Assembly: GCA_003284215.1 (NCBI GenBank)
Contig: QBVW01000005.1
Coordinates: 4,881-68,880 of the forward strand
Length of the DNA stretch: 64,000 bases
Direction: 5' to 3'
Origin: SAR86 cluster bacterium AG-313-D11
Lineage (GTDB): Bacteria; Pseudomonadota; Gammaproteobacteria; Magnimaribacterales; D2472
Below the pieces are notes generated by a model. The model was not told the origin of the DNA. It searched no databases and saw only the letters and a program-made list of their open reading frames with translations. The position numbers and the translations under genes are program-made. Numbering within the stretch: the stretch's first letter is position 1; each line of letters opens with the position of its first letter. This document shows positions 20,083-29,854 of this stretch, one piece after another.

Positions 20083-20853
20083 ATGAATATAGCAGTCGTC
20101 AGTGGAGGTTTTGATCCAATTCATTCAGGGCACATAGCATATTTAAATTCTGCTGCAGAGCAAGCGGACAAATTAATTGTATGCTTGAATAGTGATGAAT
20201 GGCTGAAACAGAAGAAAGGACAATACTTCCTTCCGTTTAGCGAGCGAAAGATTATTTTGGAGAGTCTATCAGTTGTGTCACAGGTAATTGATTTCAAAGA
20301 TGATGAAATGGGGTCTGCAATTGAAGGTTTAAAAAAAATAAAGTCAATGTTTCCTGAAGATCAAATTTTCTTTTGCAATGGCGGAGATAGAGACAAAACT
20401 AATATCCCAGAAATGGCCTTAGATGGAATCAATTTTTTATTTAGCGTTGGTGGAAACGATAAAAAAAACTCCAGTAGCTGGATACTTAAAAAATGGTCCT
20501 ATCCATTGACCAAGAGATTATGGGGTAACTTTTTTGATCTTTTTTCGGATGATTATGTAAAAGTAAAAGAGCTTATAGTCTATCCAAAACAAGGAATGAG
20601 CTTTCAAAAGCACTTTAAGAGAAATGAATTGTGGTTTGTTTCACATGGAAAATGTGAGATTAACTATAGTCATAATGATCCCGAAAAGGTTTCAAAAACT
20701 CAACTCCAAAAAGGAGATCGTTTTGATGTTCCAGTTTTTTCATGGCATCAAATTACAAACCCCTTTAATGAAGAATGTCGAATTATCGAAATTCAATATG
20801 GAGAAGAGACAATCGAAGAGGATATTGAGCGGCTGTCATATTATAAAAATTAA
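20083..20853 (+). CDS. Fusion protein: HIGH-family cytidylyl/adenylyltransferase domain + type II phosphomannose-isomerase-like cupin domain
   Basis: N-terminal half: 'VSGGFDPIHSGHIAYL…LIVCLNSDEWLKQKKG…PFSERKIIL', like HldE domain II or TagD. C-terminal half: 'LWGNFFDL…VKELIVYPKQGMSFQKHFKRNELWFVSHGKCEI…GDRFDVP…WHQITNP…IIEIQYGE…EDIERL', like the ManC C-terminal cupin. Confidence 0.7.
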   Translation: MNIAVVSGGFDPIHSGHIAYLNSAAEQADKLIVCLNSDEWLKQKKGQYFLPFSERKIILESLSVVSQVIDFKDDEMGSAIEGLKKIKSMFPEDQIFFCNGGDRDKTNIPEMALDGINFLFSVGGNDKKNSSSWILKKWSYPLTKRLWGNFFDLFSDDYVKVKELIVYPKQGMSFQKHFKRNELWFVSHGKCEINYSHNDPEKVSKTQLQKGDRFDVPVFSWHQITNPFNEECRIIEIQYGEETIEEDIERLSYYKN

Positions 20854-20894
20854 TTTTAATTTAATCTTTTCATATACAATATGCACTCCTTTAG

Positions 20895-20968
20895 GGCTGG
20901 ATGGCAGAGTGGTTATGCAGCGGCCTGCAAAGCCGTTTACGCCGGTTCGATTCCGGCTTCAGCCTCCA
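20895..20968 (+). tRNA. tRNA-Cys (anticodon GCA)
   Basis: 74 nt. Acceptor GGCTGGA pairs with TTCAGCC, with discriminator U then CCA (U73 is typical for tRNA-Cys). Anticodon loop CTGCAAA, T arm GCCGG-TTCGATT-CCGGC. Closely parallels E. coli cysT. pgsA-…-tRNA-Cys synteny. Confidence 0.93.
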
Positions 20969-21044
20969 TACAATTTGATCACAAAGCGCAAAATGATGAA
21001 AAACGGAGTATTATTTTAAAGCATTCACTTAAACCTAGAGAGCT

Positions 21045-22220
21045 ATGAAATTAAATATTTGTATATTTGGAATGGGTTATGTAGGTTGTGCAAACGGCTT
21101 AGCTCTTGCTCAGCATAATTCTGTTATTCTTGTAGACAAGCTTCAATCAAAAGTTGATCGTTTTAATGATGGAGATTTACCTATCGAGGATATTGAAGGA
21201 AGTACTTTTTTTAAAAAAAATAAATTAGATATAAAAGCAGTCAACAATTTCGATTTAATTAAGAATAATATTGATTATTTCATTTTAGCTTTACCAACAG
21301 ATTTTGATCCAAATAACAGTTCTTATCATACAGATGCCATAGAATCAGTACTCTCGTTAATTTTTCAAAAAGATAAAAATGCAAAAGTAGTCATTAAATC
21401 AACCGTTAATATTGGTTTTACATCTGCAATGAGAGAAAAATTCCAAACTAAGAATATATTTTTTAGTCCAGAGTTTCTTAGAGAGGGCTCAGCATTTCAT
21501 GATAGCTTGCACCCAACTAGAATTATTATTGGAGATAGAGGTCAATCAGCTAAAGAATTTTCAAATCTCCTCCTTAATGCTAGTCATAATAAAACACCAA
21601 ATGTTTTATATATGTCATCTGAGTCAGCCGAATCTGTGAAATTATTCTCAAATGCATATTTGGCAATGAGAGTGGCTTTTTTCAATGAATTAGATACTTT
21701 TTGCCTTAGTAAAAAAATTGATACTTCTGATGTTGTTAAGGGTATTTCTATGGATCCACGCATAGGCATGTTTTACAACAACCCCTCATTTGGATATGGA
21801 GGATATTGTCTTCCTAAAGACTCTAAGCAACTTTTAAGCAGTTTCGAAGAAATTCCCCAAGAGTTAATGAACGCAATTGTTGAATCAAACAATACAAGAA
21901 AAAATTTTCTAATTACAAAAATCTTGGAAATGAGCCCAAAGATAGTGGGCATATATGAATTATCAATGAAATCGGGCTCTGACAATTCTAGAGATGCAGC
22001 AGTTCTGGACATTATGGATAAGCTTTCCGCAAGTGGAATTGAAATTATTATCTTTGATAAGAACATAAATCATCAATCCTCATTGGGGTATAAGACTCAT
22101 GAAGATTTTCTTATTTTTATTGAACAGGCAGACCTCATATTAGCAAATCGTTTGTCTGAACAACTGAAACCATTCAAAGATAAGATTTTTTCAAGAGATA
22201 TTTTTAATTCAGATCTGTAA
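21045..22220 (+). CDS. ugd: UDP-glucose 6-dehydrogenase
   Basis: 391 aa. N-terminal 'ICIFGMGYVGCANGLALA' and the catalytic Cys motif 'GYGGYCLPKD'. Length and layout match E. coli Ugd. Confidence 0.88.
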   Translation: MKLNICIFGMGYVGCANGLALAQHNSVILVDKLQSKVDRFNDGDLPIEDIEGSTFFKKNKLDIKAVNNFDLIKNNIDYFILALPTDFDPNNSSYHTDAIESVLSLIFQKDKNAKVVIKSTVNIGFTSAMREKFQTKNIFFSPEFLREGSAFHDSLHPTRIIIGDRGQSAKEFSNLLLNASHNKTPNVLYMSSESAESVKLFSNAYLAMRVAFFNELDTFCLSKKIDTSDVVKGISMDPRIGMFYNNPSFGYGGYCLPKDSKQLLSSFEEIPQELMNAIVESNNTRKNFLITKILEMSPKIVGIYELSMKSGSDNSRDAAVLDIMDKLSASGIEIIIFDKNINHQSSLGYKTHEDFLIFIEQADLILANRLSEQLKPFKDKIFSRDIFNSDL

Positions 22221-22415
22221 AAATTTTTCAAAAGTGAGCTAGCGCTAATTGATGGCTACAAAGAATCTTATTTTGATTATTGATTTAGTATTTAATTATC
22301 ACGCTATTAGTTATAATTTACGTCAAGTTATGTTGACAAAAATGTAGAAAGCTTCAGTTTTATAATAATAGATTTTTCACATTTATAGTTTCACTAATTT
22401 TTACAAGGCTAAAAA

Positions 22416-23198
22416 ATGATACCTTTCTTAAAAAAATTAAAAACAAAGATTGTAAGTCTTTTGGGGCATGATTCTTTTGCCTTTTTTTTTAAAAATAGAA
22501 GAGAGCATTTGAAGTATGCTCATGAGCTCAAGCTGCTTTATCCAAAACCAGATAACATGAATGAATTCGGTAATTATGAATTACCTTCAGATGTTTTAGA
22601 TTCCTTAAATGAAAAGTCTATTATAATTACTGGAGGCGTCGAGTTTCATATAGAATTTGAAGAATTATTAGATAAAGCATGCAATGCTTCCTTTCACTTT
22701 TTTGAGGTTGATAAAAGATCTATTGAATGGTTCAAATTAAATAAAAAGAAATCGAATTTTAAAATTATTGAAAAAGGCTTAGGTGCAAAAAAAGGGATCC
22801 TTCCTGTATATGGAAATGAGTATATGGGTTGGTCTTCAAGCGTAGATCCAAAGATATATCAAAATTCTTTATTAGATTTTCAAAAAATTGGTGAAGCTGA
22901 GATTACAACATTGTCTGATTATTGCTCAGAAAACAATATAACAAATATTGATATTTTAAAACTAGATATTGAGGGGATGGCTCTAGAAGTCTTGTATTCT
23001 TGTTGGGATAATAACCTTAGACCAAGAAATGTTCTTTTAGAAATTGAAAGGGGCGAAGCTGAAAATATCGAGATTTACAGGGAGAGTATCGAAGGCTTTC
23101 TTAGTAAATCAAAATCTTATGGATATCAATGTATTTTCTTAGAGAGAAAAGATTCATTTAATTCTGGCACATTAGAATTTTTCATAACACAAAGTTAG
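22416..23198 (+). CDS. FkbM-family SAM-dependent methyltransferase
   Basis: 260 aa. 'IDILKLDIEGMALEVL' is the characteristic FkbM (Methyltransf_21) block. It is the first gene of the + strand glycan operon after a 195-bp AT-rich spacer. Confidence 0.65.
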   Translation: MIPFLKKLKTKIVSLLGHDSFAFFFKNRREHLKYAHELKLLYPKPDNMNEFGNYELPSDVLDSLNEKSIIITGGVEFHIEFEELLDKACNASFHFFEVDKRSIEWFKLNKKKSNFKIIEKGLGAKKGILPVYGNEYMGWSSSVDPKIYQNSLLDFQKIGEAEITTLSDYCSENNITNIDILKLDIEGMALEVLYSCWDNNLRPRNVLLEIERGEAENIEIYRESIEGFLSKSKSYGYQCIFLERKDSFNSGTLEFFITQS

Positions 23199-23249
23199 TA
23201 AAATGATGATTACTAAATTGTATTCTTCTTACTTTAGACTATATTCATA

Positions 23250-24530
23250 ATGTCAAATTTAAATCAGAATACTCCTGTCATAACAGTGTTAGGACTTGGG
23301 TATGTTGGATTGCCATTGGCGCTTGCCTTTTCTAAAAAATATGAGGTAATTGGCTTTGATATAAAGGCTGATAGAGTTGCCGAACTAAAAGATGGCCACG
23401 ATTCCACAAATGAAACTCAGAAAAATGAGTTGTTAGAATCTAATATAGTATTTACCAATTCTACCAAGGAAATACTTGATTCAAATTTTTATATAGTTAC
23501 TGTTCCAACGCCAATTGATTCAAATAATAAGCCTGATCTAAAGCCATTAATTTCAGCGAGTGAAATAGTAGCAGGAGTGATAAATGATGGGGATACTATT
23601 ATTTTCGAATCAACGGTTTTTCCTGGTGCAACAGAGGAAGTTTGTGTGCCCATTATTGAAAAAAATTCAGATCTTCAATATAACAAAAACTTTTTTGTTG
23701 GTTATTCTCCTGAAAGAATAAATCCTGGTGATAAAATGCATCGTATATCAGATATCGTAAAAGTTACTTCAGGATCTAATCAAGATACTGCAGACAAAAT
23801 TGATCAGCTTTATTCTAGTATCATATCAGCAGGAACATACAAGGCCTCTTCAATTAAAGTTGCAGAAGCTGCAAAGGTAATTGAGAACACACAAAGAGAC
23901 TTAAACATAGCCCTTATTAATGAGCTTGCAATAATTTTTGACAAGCTGCAAATCAATACCGATGAAGTTTTAAAGGCTGCAGAAACTAAATGGAATTTTT
24001 TACCATTTAAGCCTGGGTTGGTAGGGGGACATTGTATAGGTGTAGATCCATATTACCTTACACATAAATCACAAGAGTTAGGATATGAGCCAGAAGTAAT
24101 TTTAGCTGGCAGAAAGCTTAATGATAGCATGGGCAAGTTTATCGCAGAGAGACTTATTACCGCCTTTGAAGACGATCATATAGAGATTTCGAGCACGAAG
24201 ATCCTTGTTATGGGCTTAACATTTAAAGAAAATTGTCCTGATCTTAGAAATACAAAAGTAATAGACGTTATAGATAGCTTAAAACATAAAGGTGCCTCCT
24301 TAGATATATATGATCCATGGGTTAACAAGAGTCTTGCTGAAGAGATATATGATATTAATCTTGTAGAAAATCTGAAGAAAAATACCTATGACGCCATTCT
24401 TCTTTGCGTTGCCCACAATATATTTCGTAATCTTGGCTTAGAAGCTATAAAGGAATTCGGAAAAGAGAAGCATCTTGTATATGACTTAAAGTCTATGTTT
24501 GCATCAGATGAAGTGGATATTAGCTTATAG
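23250..24530 (+). CDS. UDP-N-acetyl-hexosamine 6-dehydrogenase (WbpO/TviB type)
   Basis: 426 aa. 'VLGLGYVGLPLALAFSKKYEVIGFDIKADRVAELKDGHDSTNE' is the TviB/WbpO-type N-terminus, and 'GLVGGHCIGVDPYYL' carries the catalytic Cys. Confidence 0.85.
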   Translation: MSNLNQNTPVITVLGLGYVGLPLALAFSKKYEVIGFDIKADRVAELKDGHDSTNETQKNELLESNIVFTNSTKEILDSNFYIVTVPTPIDSNNKPDLKPLISASEIVAGVINDGDTIIFESTVFPGATEEVCVPIIEKNSDLQYNKNFFVGYSPERINPGDKMHRISDIVKVTSGSNQDTADKIDQLYSSIISAGTYKASSIKVAEAAKVIENTQRDLNIALINELAIIFDKLQINTDEVLKAAETKWNFLPFKPGLVGGHCIGVDPYYLTHKSQELGYEPEVILAGRKLNDSMGKFIAERLITAFEDDHIEISSTKILVMGLTFKENCPDLRNTKVIDVIDSLKHKGASLDIYDPWVNKSLAEEIYDINLVENLKKNTYDAILLCVAHNIFRNLGLEAIKEFGKEKHLVYDLKSMFASDEVDISL

Positions 24531-24539
24531 TTAAATACA

Positions 24540-25574
24540 ATGAATAAATATAAAGAAATCCAACTCGCGCTTAAACAAAATCCAAAAAAATGGGTTATAA
24601 CAGGTGTTGCTGGGTTTATTGGAAGTAATTTATTAGAAGCTTTGCTGGAATTAGATCAATTCATCGTTGGAATGGATAATTTTTCAACAGGAAATCAAAA
24701 AAACTTAGACCATATTAAAAAATGTGTTTCAAAGGATAAATGGAATCGATTTTTATTTATCGAAGGAGACATTTTAGATCCCAAATTATGCAATGAAATT
24801 TGCCAGGGTTCAGATTATGTGCTTCATCAAGCTGCTCTTGGGTCAGTACCCAGGAGCATAGAGGATCCATATACATCCAATAATAGTAACATCACTGGAT
24901 TTCTAAATATGTTAATTGCAGCAAAAGAATCCAATGTAAAAAGATTTGTATATGCTGCAAGTAGTTCAACATATGGTGATCATCCTGATCTACCAAAAAT
25001 TGAACATAAAATTGGTAATCCACTCAGCCCATATGCAGTTACTAAATTAGTTAATGAACTTTATGCAAATGTGTTTGAAATTGCTTATGACTTTCCTTCA
25101 ATAGGCCTAAGATATTTTAATATATTTGGAAGAAGACAGTCTGCAGACAGCGCATATGCTGCAGTAATTCCAAAATGGATAGGTGAAATTCTTGGCAACA
25201 AATCAATCACAATAAATGGAGACGGTGAAACTAGCAGGGACTTTACATTTATTGATAATGTTATCCAAGCGAATATACTTTCAGCAACTACCACTGATAG
25301 CAAAACAATAGGGCAAGTTTACAATATTGCAGTTGGTGAGAGGACAACATTGATAGAAATGTATAATTTTATATCTGAAAATATTCGACTACGTTTAAAC
25401 AAACTAAAAATAAAAGAACCTAAATTTGATGATTTCAGGCCTGGTGATGTCAGGCATTCTCTTGCAGACATTACAAAGGCAAAAGATCTATTGGGTTATG
25501 ATCCTACCCACAATGTTGAGCAGGGAATCAAAGAGACTGTAAAATGGTATTTAAATAACTTACATGAGCAATAA
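24540..25574 (+). CDS. UDP-GlcNAc/UDP-GlcNAcA C4-epimerase (WbpP/TviC type)
   Basis: 344 aa, collinear with P. aeruginosa WbpP as I recall it. Matching segments: '[16 protein letters not shown]', '[12 protein letters not shown]', '[13 protein letters not shown]', '[14 protein letters not shown]', '[12 protein letters not shown]' and '[11 protein letters not shown]'. Confidence 0.87.
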   Translation: MNKYKEIQLALKQNPKKWVITGVAGFIGSNLLEALLELDQFIVGMDNFSTGNQKNLDHIKKCVSKDKWNRFLFIEGDILDPKLCNEICQGSDYVLHQAALGSVPRSIEDPYTSNNSNITGFLNMLIAAKESNVKRFVYAASSSTYGDHPDLPKIEHKIGNPLSPYAVTKLVNELYANVFEIAYDFPSIGLRYFNIFGRRQSADSAYAAVIPKWIGEILGNKSITINGDGETSRDFTFIDNVIQANILSATTTDSKTIGQVYNIAVGERTTLIEMYNFISENIRLRLNKLKIKEPKFDDFRPGDVRHSLADITKAKDLLGYDPTHNVEQGIKETVKWYLNNLHEQ

Positions 25575-26844
25575 TTTATTGCTTAAAAATGCTTCAACAT
25601 ATTTTGGAGCTAATGTTATAAATGGATTAATCCCATTCATCCTTCTTCCAATTCTGACTAGATACTTATCGGTGGAATCATATGGGCAGGTTGCTATATT
25701 CCAAACTTTATATTGGGCAGTCAGCGCTTTTGTTGGTATAACAATTGCTGGTGCTTCAGATAGGAAATTTTTTGAGCTTTCATCAGAAAGAGATCTTGGA
25801 GATTTTATAGGGGCTTGTGTTCAAATTTGCTTATTTCTAACTCTTGCCACCCTTGGACTATTTGTAATATTTAGCTCTCAATTCTCTGACCTAACGGGCG
25901 CAACTTCTGAATATATTTTCTATGCAATTATTGTTGCAGCTTCTTTATCAATTATTCAGATTAGATTGGGGCAATGGCAAATACGAGGTAAAGCAAAGAT
26001 TTTTGGTTTTTATCAAATTATGCAATCGACCTTAATTGTGGCTCTATCTGTATTGCTAATTGTGTTTTTTAGCTTTGATGAATTGGGACGAATACTTTCA
26101 CAAGTACTGATTTGTGCAATTTTTGGAGTAATATCGATTCTTTTGCTAAGAAAGGACAAATTGCTTAATTTTTTTTCATGGAATCCTCAATATATCAAAG
26201 AATCATTACACTTTTCTATTCCACTTATACCACATGTGGCTGGTGTTTTTTTTATTAGTATGGCAGATAGATTTTTTATTGCAGGGGAGCTAGGCGTTGC
26301 TCAAGCAGGCATTTATATGCTGGCTGCTCAATTAGCTACTGTTGTTTCGTTGGTTCATGAATCTATCAATAGGGCATTTTTACCATGGCTATTTGAAAAA
26401 CTTACCCTTAATAAGTCAGAGGATAAGAGGATGATAGTAAAATTTACCTATCTTTGGTTTGCTACTATTTTGGCATCTACGCCGTTACTATTTTTTATAG
26501 GTCCAAATATTGTGATTGTGATAGCAGGCCCTGAATACTCTGAAGCAGGGAATGTATTTGGATGGCTTGCCCTCGGGCACTCATTTGGAGGTATGTATGC
26601 AATGTTAAATTGCTATATATATTTTTCTAAAAAAACTTATTCGTTGTCAATAGTCACTCTATTTTCTGGAATTTTAAATATTATTTTGTTGGTATTTTTT
26701 CTAAAAATTTATGGTCTTGTAGGTGCAGGAATTGCATTCAGCATTTCCATGTTGGTAAGATTTTTTCTTACATGGTTTTTGGCACATTATGTTCATCCAA
26801 TGCCATGGTTTAGTATTAGAAAACAGGTAACATCAGTAAACTAA
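25564..26844 (+). CDS. wzx: Wzx-type oligosaccharide flippase (MOP superfamily)
   Basis: 426 aa with about 12 hydrophobic segments. N-terminus '[37 protein letters not shown]' is typical of the Polysacc_synt family. 11-nt overlap with the epimerase gene. Confidence 0.75.
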   Translation: MSNNLLLKNASTYFGANVINGLIPFILLPILTRYLSVESYGQVAIFQTLYWAVSAFVGITIAGASDRKFFELSSERDLGDFIGACVQICLFLTLATLGLFVIFSSQFSDLTGATSEYIFYAIIVAASLSIIQIRLGQWQIRGKAKIFGFYQIMQSTLIVALSVLLIVFFSFDELGRILSQVLICAIFGVISILLLRKDKLLNFFSWNPQYIKESLHFSIPLIPHVAGVFFISMADRFFIAGELGVAQAGIYMLAAQLATVVSLVHESINRAFLPWLFEKLTLNKSEDKRMIVKFTYLWFATILASTPLLFFIGPNIVIVIAGPEYSEAGNVFGWLALGHSFGGMYAMLNCYIYFSKKTYSLSIVTLFSGILNIILLVFFLKIYGLVGAGIAFSISMLVRFFLTWFLAHYVHPMPWFSIRKQVTSVN

Positions 26845-26883
26845 TATTTTTATGAACTCACTCTTTAATTTTTAACTAATATC

Positions 26884-28923
26884 ATGTGCGGATTTACTGG
26901 ATTCTATTCAAACTCTCTCGATGCAAAAGAAACCCTTTTACAGCAAGTTAATGCAATGTCTCATGCTATTTCGCATAGAGGCCCTGATGACTCAGGGGCA
27001 TGGGTTGATCAGGAGGTTGGGTTGGCAATTGGGCACAGGAGACTATCTATTGTAGATATTTCTAGTGCTGGCCATCAGCCCATGAATTCAAATAATGGCA
27101 GATTTATTATTGCATTTAATGGAGAAATTTATAATCACAAAGAGCTCAGAATTGAGCTAGATAGCCTATCAAAAAATTGTATTTGGCGTGGTACCTCTGA
27201 TACAGAGACTCTGCTCGCCGCATTCGAGCAATGGGGAGTAGAAGCAACATTGCCAAAGCTCGTAGGAATGTTTGCAATTTCTTTATGGGATCGACAGCAA
27301 AAAAAATTCTATTTAATTAGAGACAGATTTGGCGAGAAACCCCTTTATTACGGTTGGATTAAAACTATAAACAAAAGAGTTTTTGCATTTGGTTCAGAGC
27401 TTAAATCTTTAAGAGCCTATAGTGGATTTTCAAATAATGTATCCAGAGCTGCCTTAAGACAATACTTTCGATTTATGTATGTACCTGTTCCTTATAGTAT
27501 CTATGAGAATATTTTTAAGTTAGAGGGTGGGTGTATGTTAATTCTAGATGGTCCTCCGCCTAACACACCGCCAGAACAACCACCTCATCCCAGTGATTCT
27601 GATAAGGATATTTTTTCGAACATAGTAGTAAAACGTTGGTATTCAATAAAAAATAAAATTGATTCTTCATCTCAGTCAACCTTCAATAGTTATGACGAGG
27701 CTGTAGATAAGCTTGAGAATCAATTAAAAGAAACTATCAAGCTTCAAAGCGAAGCAGATGTTCCCTTGGGCGCATTTTTATCTGGAGGTGTTGACTCTTC
27801 AACAATTGTTGCTCTAATGCAAGAAAATCAAACAAACCCTGTGGAAACATTTACTATTGGATTTGAAGAAAAGCAATTTGATGAGTCTCAATATGCATTT
27901 GAGGTTGCTAAACATCTTCAAACTAATCATCATGAGATGTTTGTATCAGCTTCGGATGCACAGTCTCTTATACCAAAATTACCTCTTCTTTATGATGAAC
28001 CATTTGCAGATTCATCTCAGATTCCAACACATTTTGTATCTGTTGCAGCTAAAAAAAAGGTTACTGTTTCATTATCTGGAGATGCTGGAGATGAATTATT
28101 TGGTGGCTATAATAGATATCTTTGGGCTCCATCCCTATGGAAGAAGATAAAATGGATGCCGTTTCAATTAAGAAAAACTATGGGATCCGCCATCAATGCT
28201 TTTTCTATTTCCACTTGGGATAAGTTTGGAGATGCGTATAATCTTCTAGCCCATGATAATTACAATATTATTCATCTTGGAGATAAAGCTCATAAAACTG
28301 GAAGAAGATTGCAGATTATTAATTCTATTGATGAGTTATATAAAAACCTTGTTTGCGAATGGCCTAATCCTGATGAGTTGGTTATAGATGACATAAATAG
28401 TTTGAATTACAATGAGATTATGCTCCTAGATGAATCTCTGCCTAGAAATGGGATGGATTCTTCTGAGGCTCGAATGATGTACTGGGATGTAATTTCATAT
28501 ATGACTGATGACATATTGTGTAAAGTCGATAGAGCAGCGATGGGAACGAGTTTGGAGACTCGCGTCCCATTTCTTGATCACAGAGTAGCTGAAATAGCAT
28601 GGCAAATACCAACTAATATGAAAATTAAAAATGGACAAGGTAAATGGCCATTACGTGAAATCTTATATAAAAGAGTCCCGCAAGAATTAATTGAACGACC
28701 TAAAGCAGGATTTGGAATACCATTAGATGACTGGCTAAGAGGCCCTATGAAGACTTGGGCTGAAAAGCTCATTGATATAGATAGACTCTCAAATGAGGGC
28801 TTTCTTAATCCCGAAATTGTACATGAAATCTGGAATCAGCACATTGAGGGAAAAAGAAATTGGTCTTTCAGATTATGGAGTATTTTGATGTTTCAAAGTT
28901 GGTTAGAACAGCTCTCTAATTAG
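26884..28923 (+). CDS. Asparagine synthetase B-like glutamine amidotransferase (WbpS-like, probable uronamide-forming)
   Basis: 679 aa. Ntn nucleophile 'MCGFTG' and PP-loop 'LSGGVDSS'. Sits in a glycan operon directly after a UDP-HexNAcA pathway. It carries a Pro-rich insert (GPPPNTPPEQPPHPSDSDKD). Confidence 0.88.
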   Translation: MCGFTGFYSNSLDAKETLLQQVNAMSHAISHRGPDDSGAWVDQEVGLAIGHRRLSIVDISSAGHQPMNSNNGRFIIAFNGEIYNHKELRIELDSLSKNCIWRGTSDTETLLAAFEQWGVEATLPKLVGMFAISLWDRQQKKFYLIRDRFGEKPLYYGWIKTINKRVFAFGSELKSLRAYSGFSNNVSRAALRQYFRFMYVPVPYSIYENIFKLEGGCMLILDGPPPNTPPEQPPHPSDSDKDIFSNIVVKRWYSIKNKIDSSSQSTFNSYDEAVDKLENQLKETIKLQSEADVPLGAFLSGGVDSSTIVALMQENQTNPVETFTIGFEEKQFDESQYAFEVAKHLQTNHHEMFVSASDAQSLIPKLPLLYDEPFADSSQIPTHFVSVAAKKKVTVSLSGDAGDELFGGYNRYLWAPSLWKKIKWMPFQLRKTMGSAINAFSISTWDKFGDAYNLLAHDNYNIIHLGDKAHKTGRRLQIINSIDELYKNLVCEWPNPDELVIDDINSLNYNEIMLLDESLPRNGMDSSEARMMYWDVISYMTDDILCKVDRAAMGTSLETRVPFLDHRVAEIAWQIPTNMKIKNGQGKWPLREILYKRVPQELIERPKAGFGIPLDDWLRGPMKTWAEKLIDIDRLSNEGFLNPEIVHEIWNQHIEGKRNWSFRLWSILMFQSWLEQLSN

Positions 28924-28969
28924 TAATATTTTTAGTGATTAGTAATTTTTATTCTAATATACTTACTTC

Positions 28970-29854
28970 ATGAAATATCAATACAATTTTAAAGAAATAT
29001 TTAATAATGCTAGATTGTTTAGCACTGAGTATGTATTTACAAAATTAGTACTAAGGGCTATTTTTTTCTCTTTTGTAGTATCAATACTAATTTTAATTTT
29101 TAGCACTCCTAAATTTTCTATTTCAGCTACCTTGCTTGAGAATAAAGATCAACAAGAGAGTAGCGATTTGGAAGGTGTATTTCGATCAATATCCCAAAAA
29201 GATAATGAAATGTTTCAGAAGTTTAGGGCAAATGTTTTTTCTACAACTACCTCAAAAGAATTGTGGAAATTGGGTTGGGGATCGCGATTATTCGATGCCG
29301 GTAATCTTTATGAAGATGATAGTAAAATTCCAAAATCTCATGGTTCCTTTAATCGTTTCTCTGCTTTTTTGCTTGGGTATGAATTAAATCCTTATTATAG
29401 CCATTTAGACCTTAAGGAATTTATTTTAAGAAAAGTTCAAATTCGCCAAGCTCCTAGAGCTTCCGATTTCACTGTCTCTATGCTTACTGATGGTAATAGA
29501 GAATTTGCCAAAGAGCTAATTTATAGCATTATAATTACTGCAGATAGTGCAGCGAAACAAAAAGCGCTCGCTGTCTCTAGGGCTAGGATAAAATCTGCAA
29601 TGGATGAGCTTCAAAATCCTAAGAACTCTTTAGTGAATAATGGGCTTTCTTCAATACTCAATAGTGAATATTTTAAAGTTGCCTCTCTCTCAAATGATCT
29701 GCCTTACTATGTTTATTTTGTTGATATGCCAAGTGCAAGTGAATATCCCATTTCCCCAAATGCTGCAGCTGTTTTTGTTGCAGACTTAATTATATTTTTT
29801 ATTTTAGGAGTGTTCTTTTCTTATTATTCTAAGAATAAAGAAGAACTATGGTAA
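28970..29854 (+). CDS. Wzz-like polysaccharide co-polymerase (PCP-1 topology), divergent
   Basis: 294 aa. One N-terminal TM (LVLRAIFFSFVVSILILIF) and one C-terminal TM (AAAVFVADLIIFFILGVFF), the latter preceded by a Pro motif 'YPISPN' resembling the PCP P-x-SPK motif. The soluble middle part looks helical. Located between the amidotransferase and the wzy-like gene. Confidence 0.5.
   Translation: MKYQYNFKEIFNNARLFSTEYVFTKLVLRAIFFSFVVSILILIFSTPKFSISATLLENKDQQESSDLEGVFRSISQKDNEMFQKFRANVFSTTTSKELWKLGWGSRLFDAGNLYEDDSKIPKSHGSFNRFSAFLLGYELNPYYSHLDLKEFILRKVQIRQAPRASDFTVSMLTDGNREFAKELIYSIIITADSAAKQKALAVSRARIKSAMDELQNPKNSLVNNGLSSILNSEYFKVASLSNDLPYYVYFVDMPSASEYPISPNAAAVFVADLIIFFILGVFFSYYSKNKEELW

Noticed and set aside
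20624-21019. 131-aa ORF in the track overlapping the end of the cupin-fusion gene and running across tRNA-Cys
   Set aside because: It is in an alternative frame of a well-supported CDS and reads straight through a canonical tRNA gene. It has no ribosome-binding site and no recognisable protein features.
22333-22366. Perfect TTGACA and TATAAT hexamers upstream of the FkbM-led operon
   Set aside because: The spacer is 22 nt, far from the 16-18 nt a sigma70 promoter needs, so the pair cannot work together. Either hexamer may still belong to another promoter, but I cannot support one.
22221-22415. Search for a JUMPStart/ops element (GGCGGTAG) upstream of the glycan operons, also at 37773-37898 and 20969-21044
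   Set aside because: The octamer is absent from all three regions, so there is no evidence for RfaH-type antitermination.
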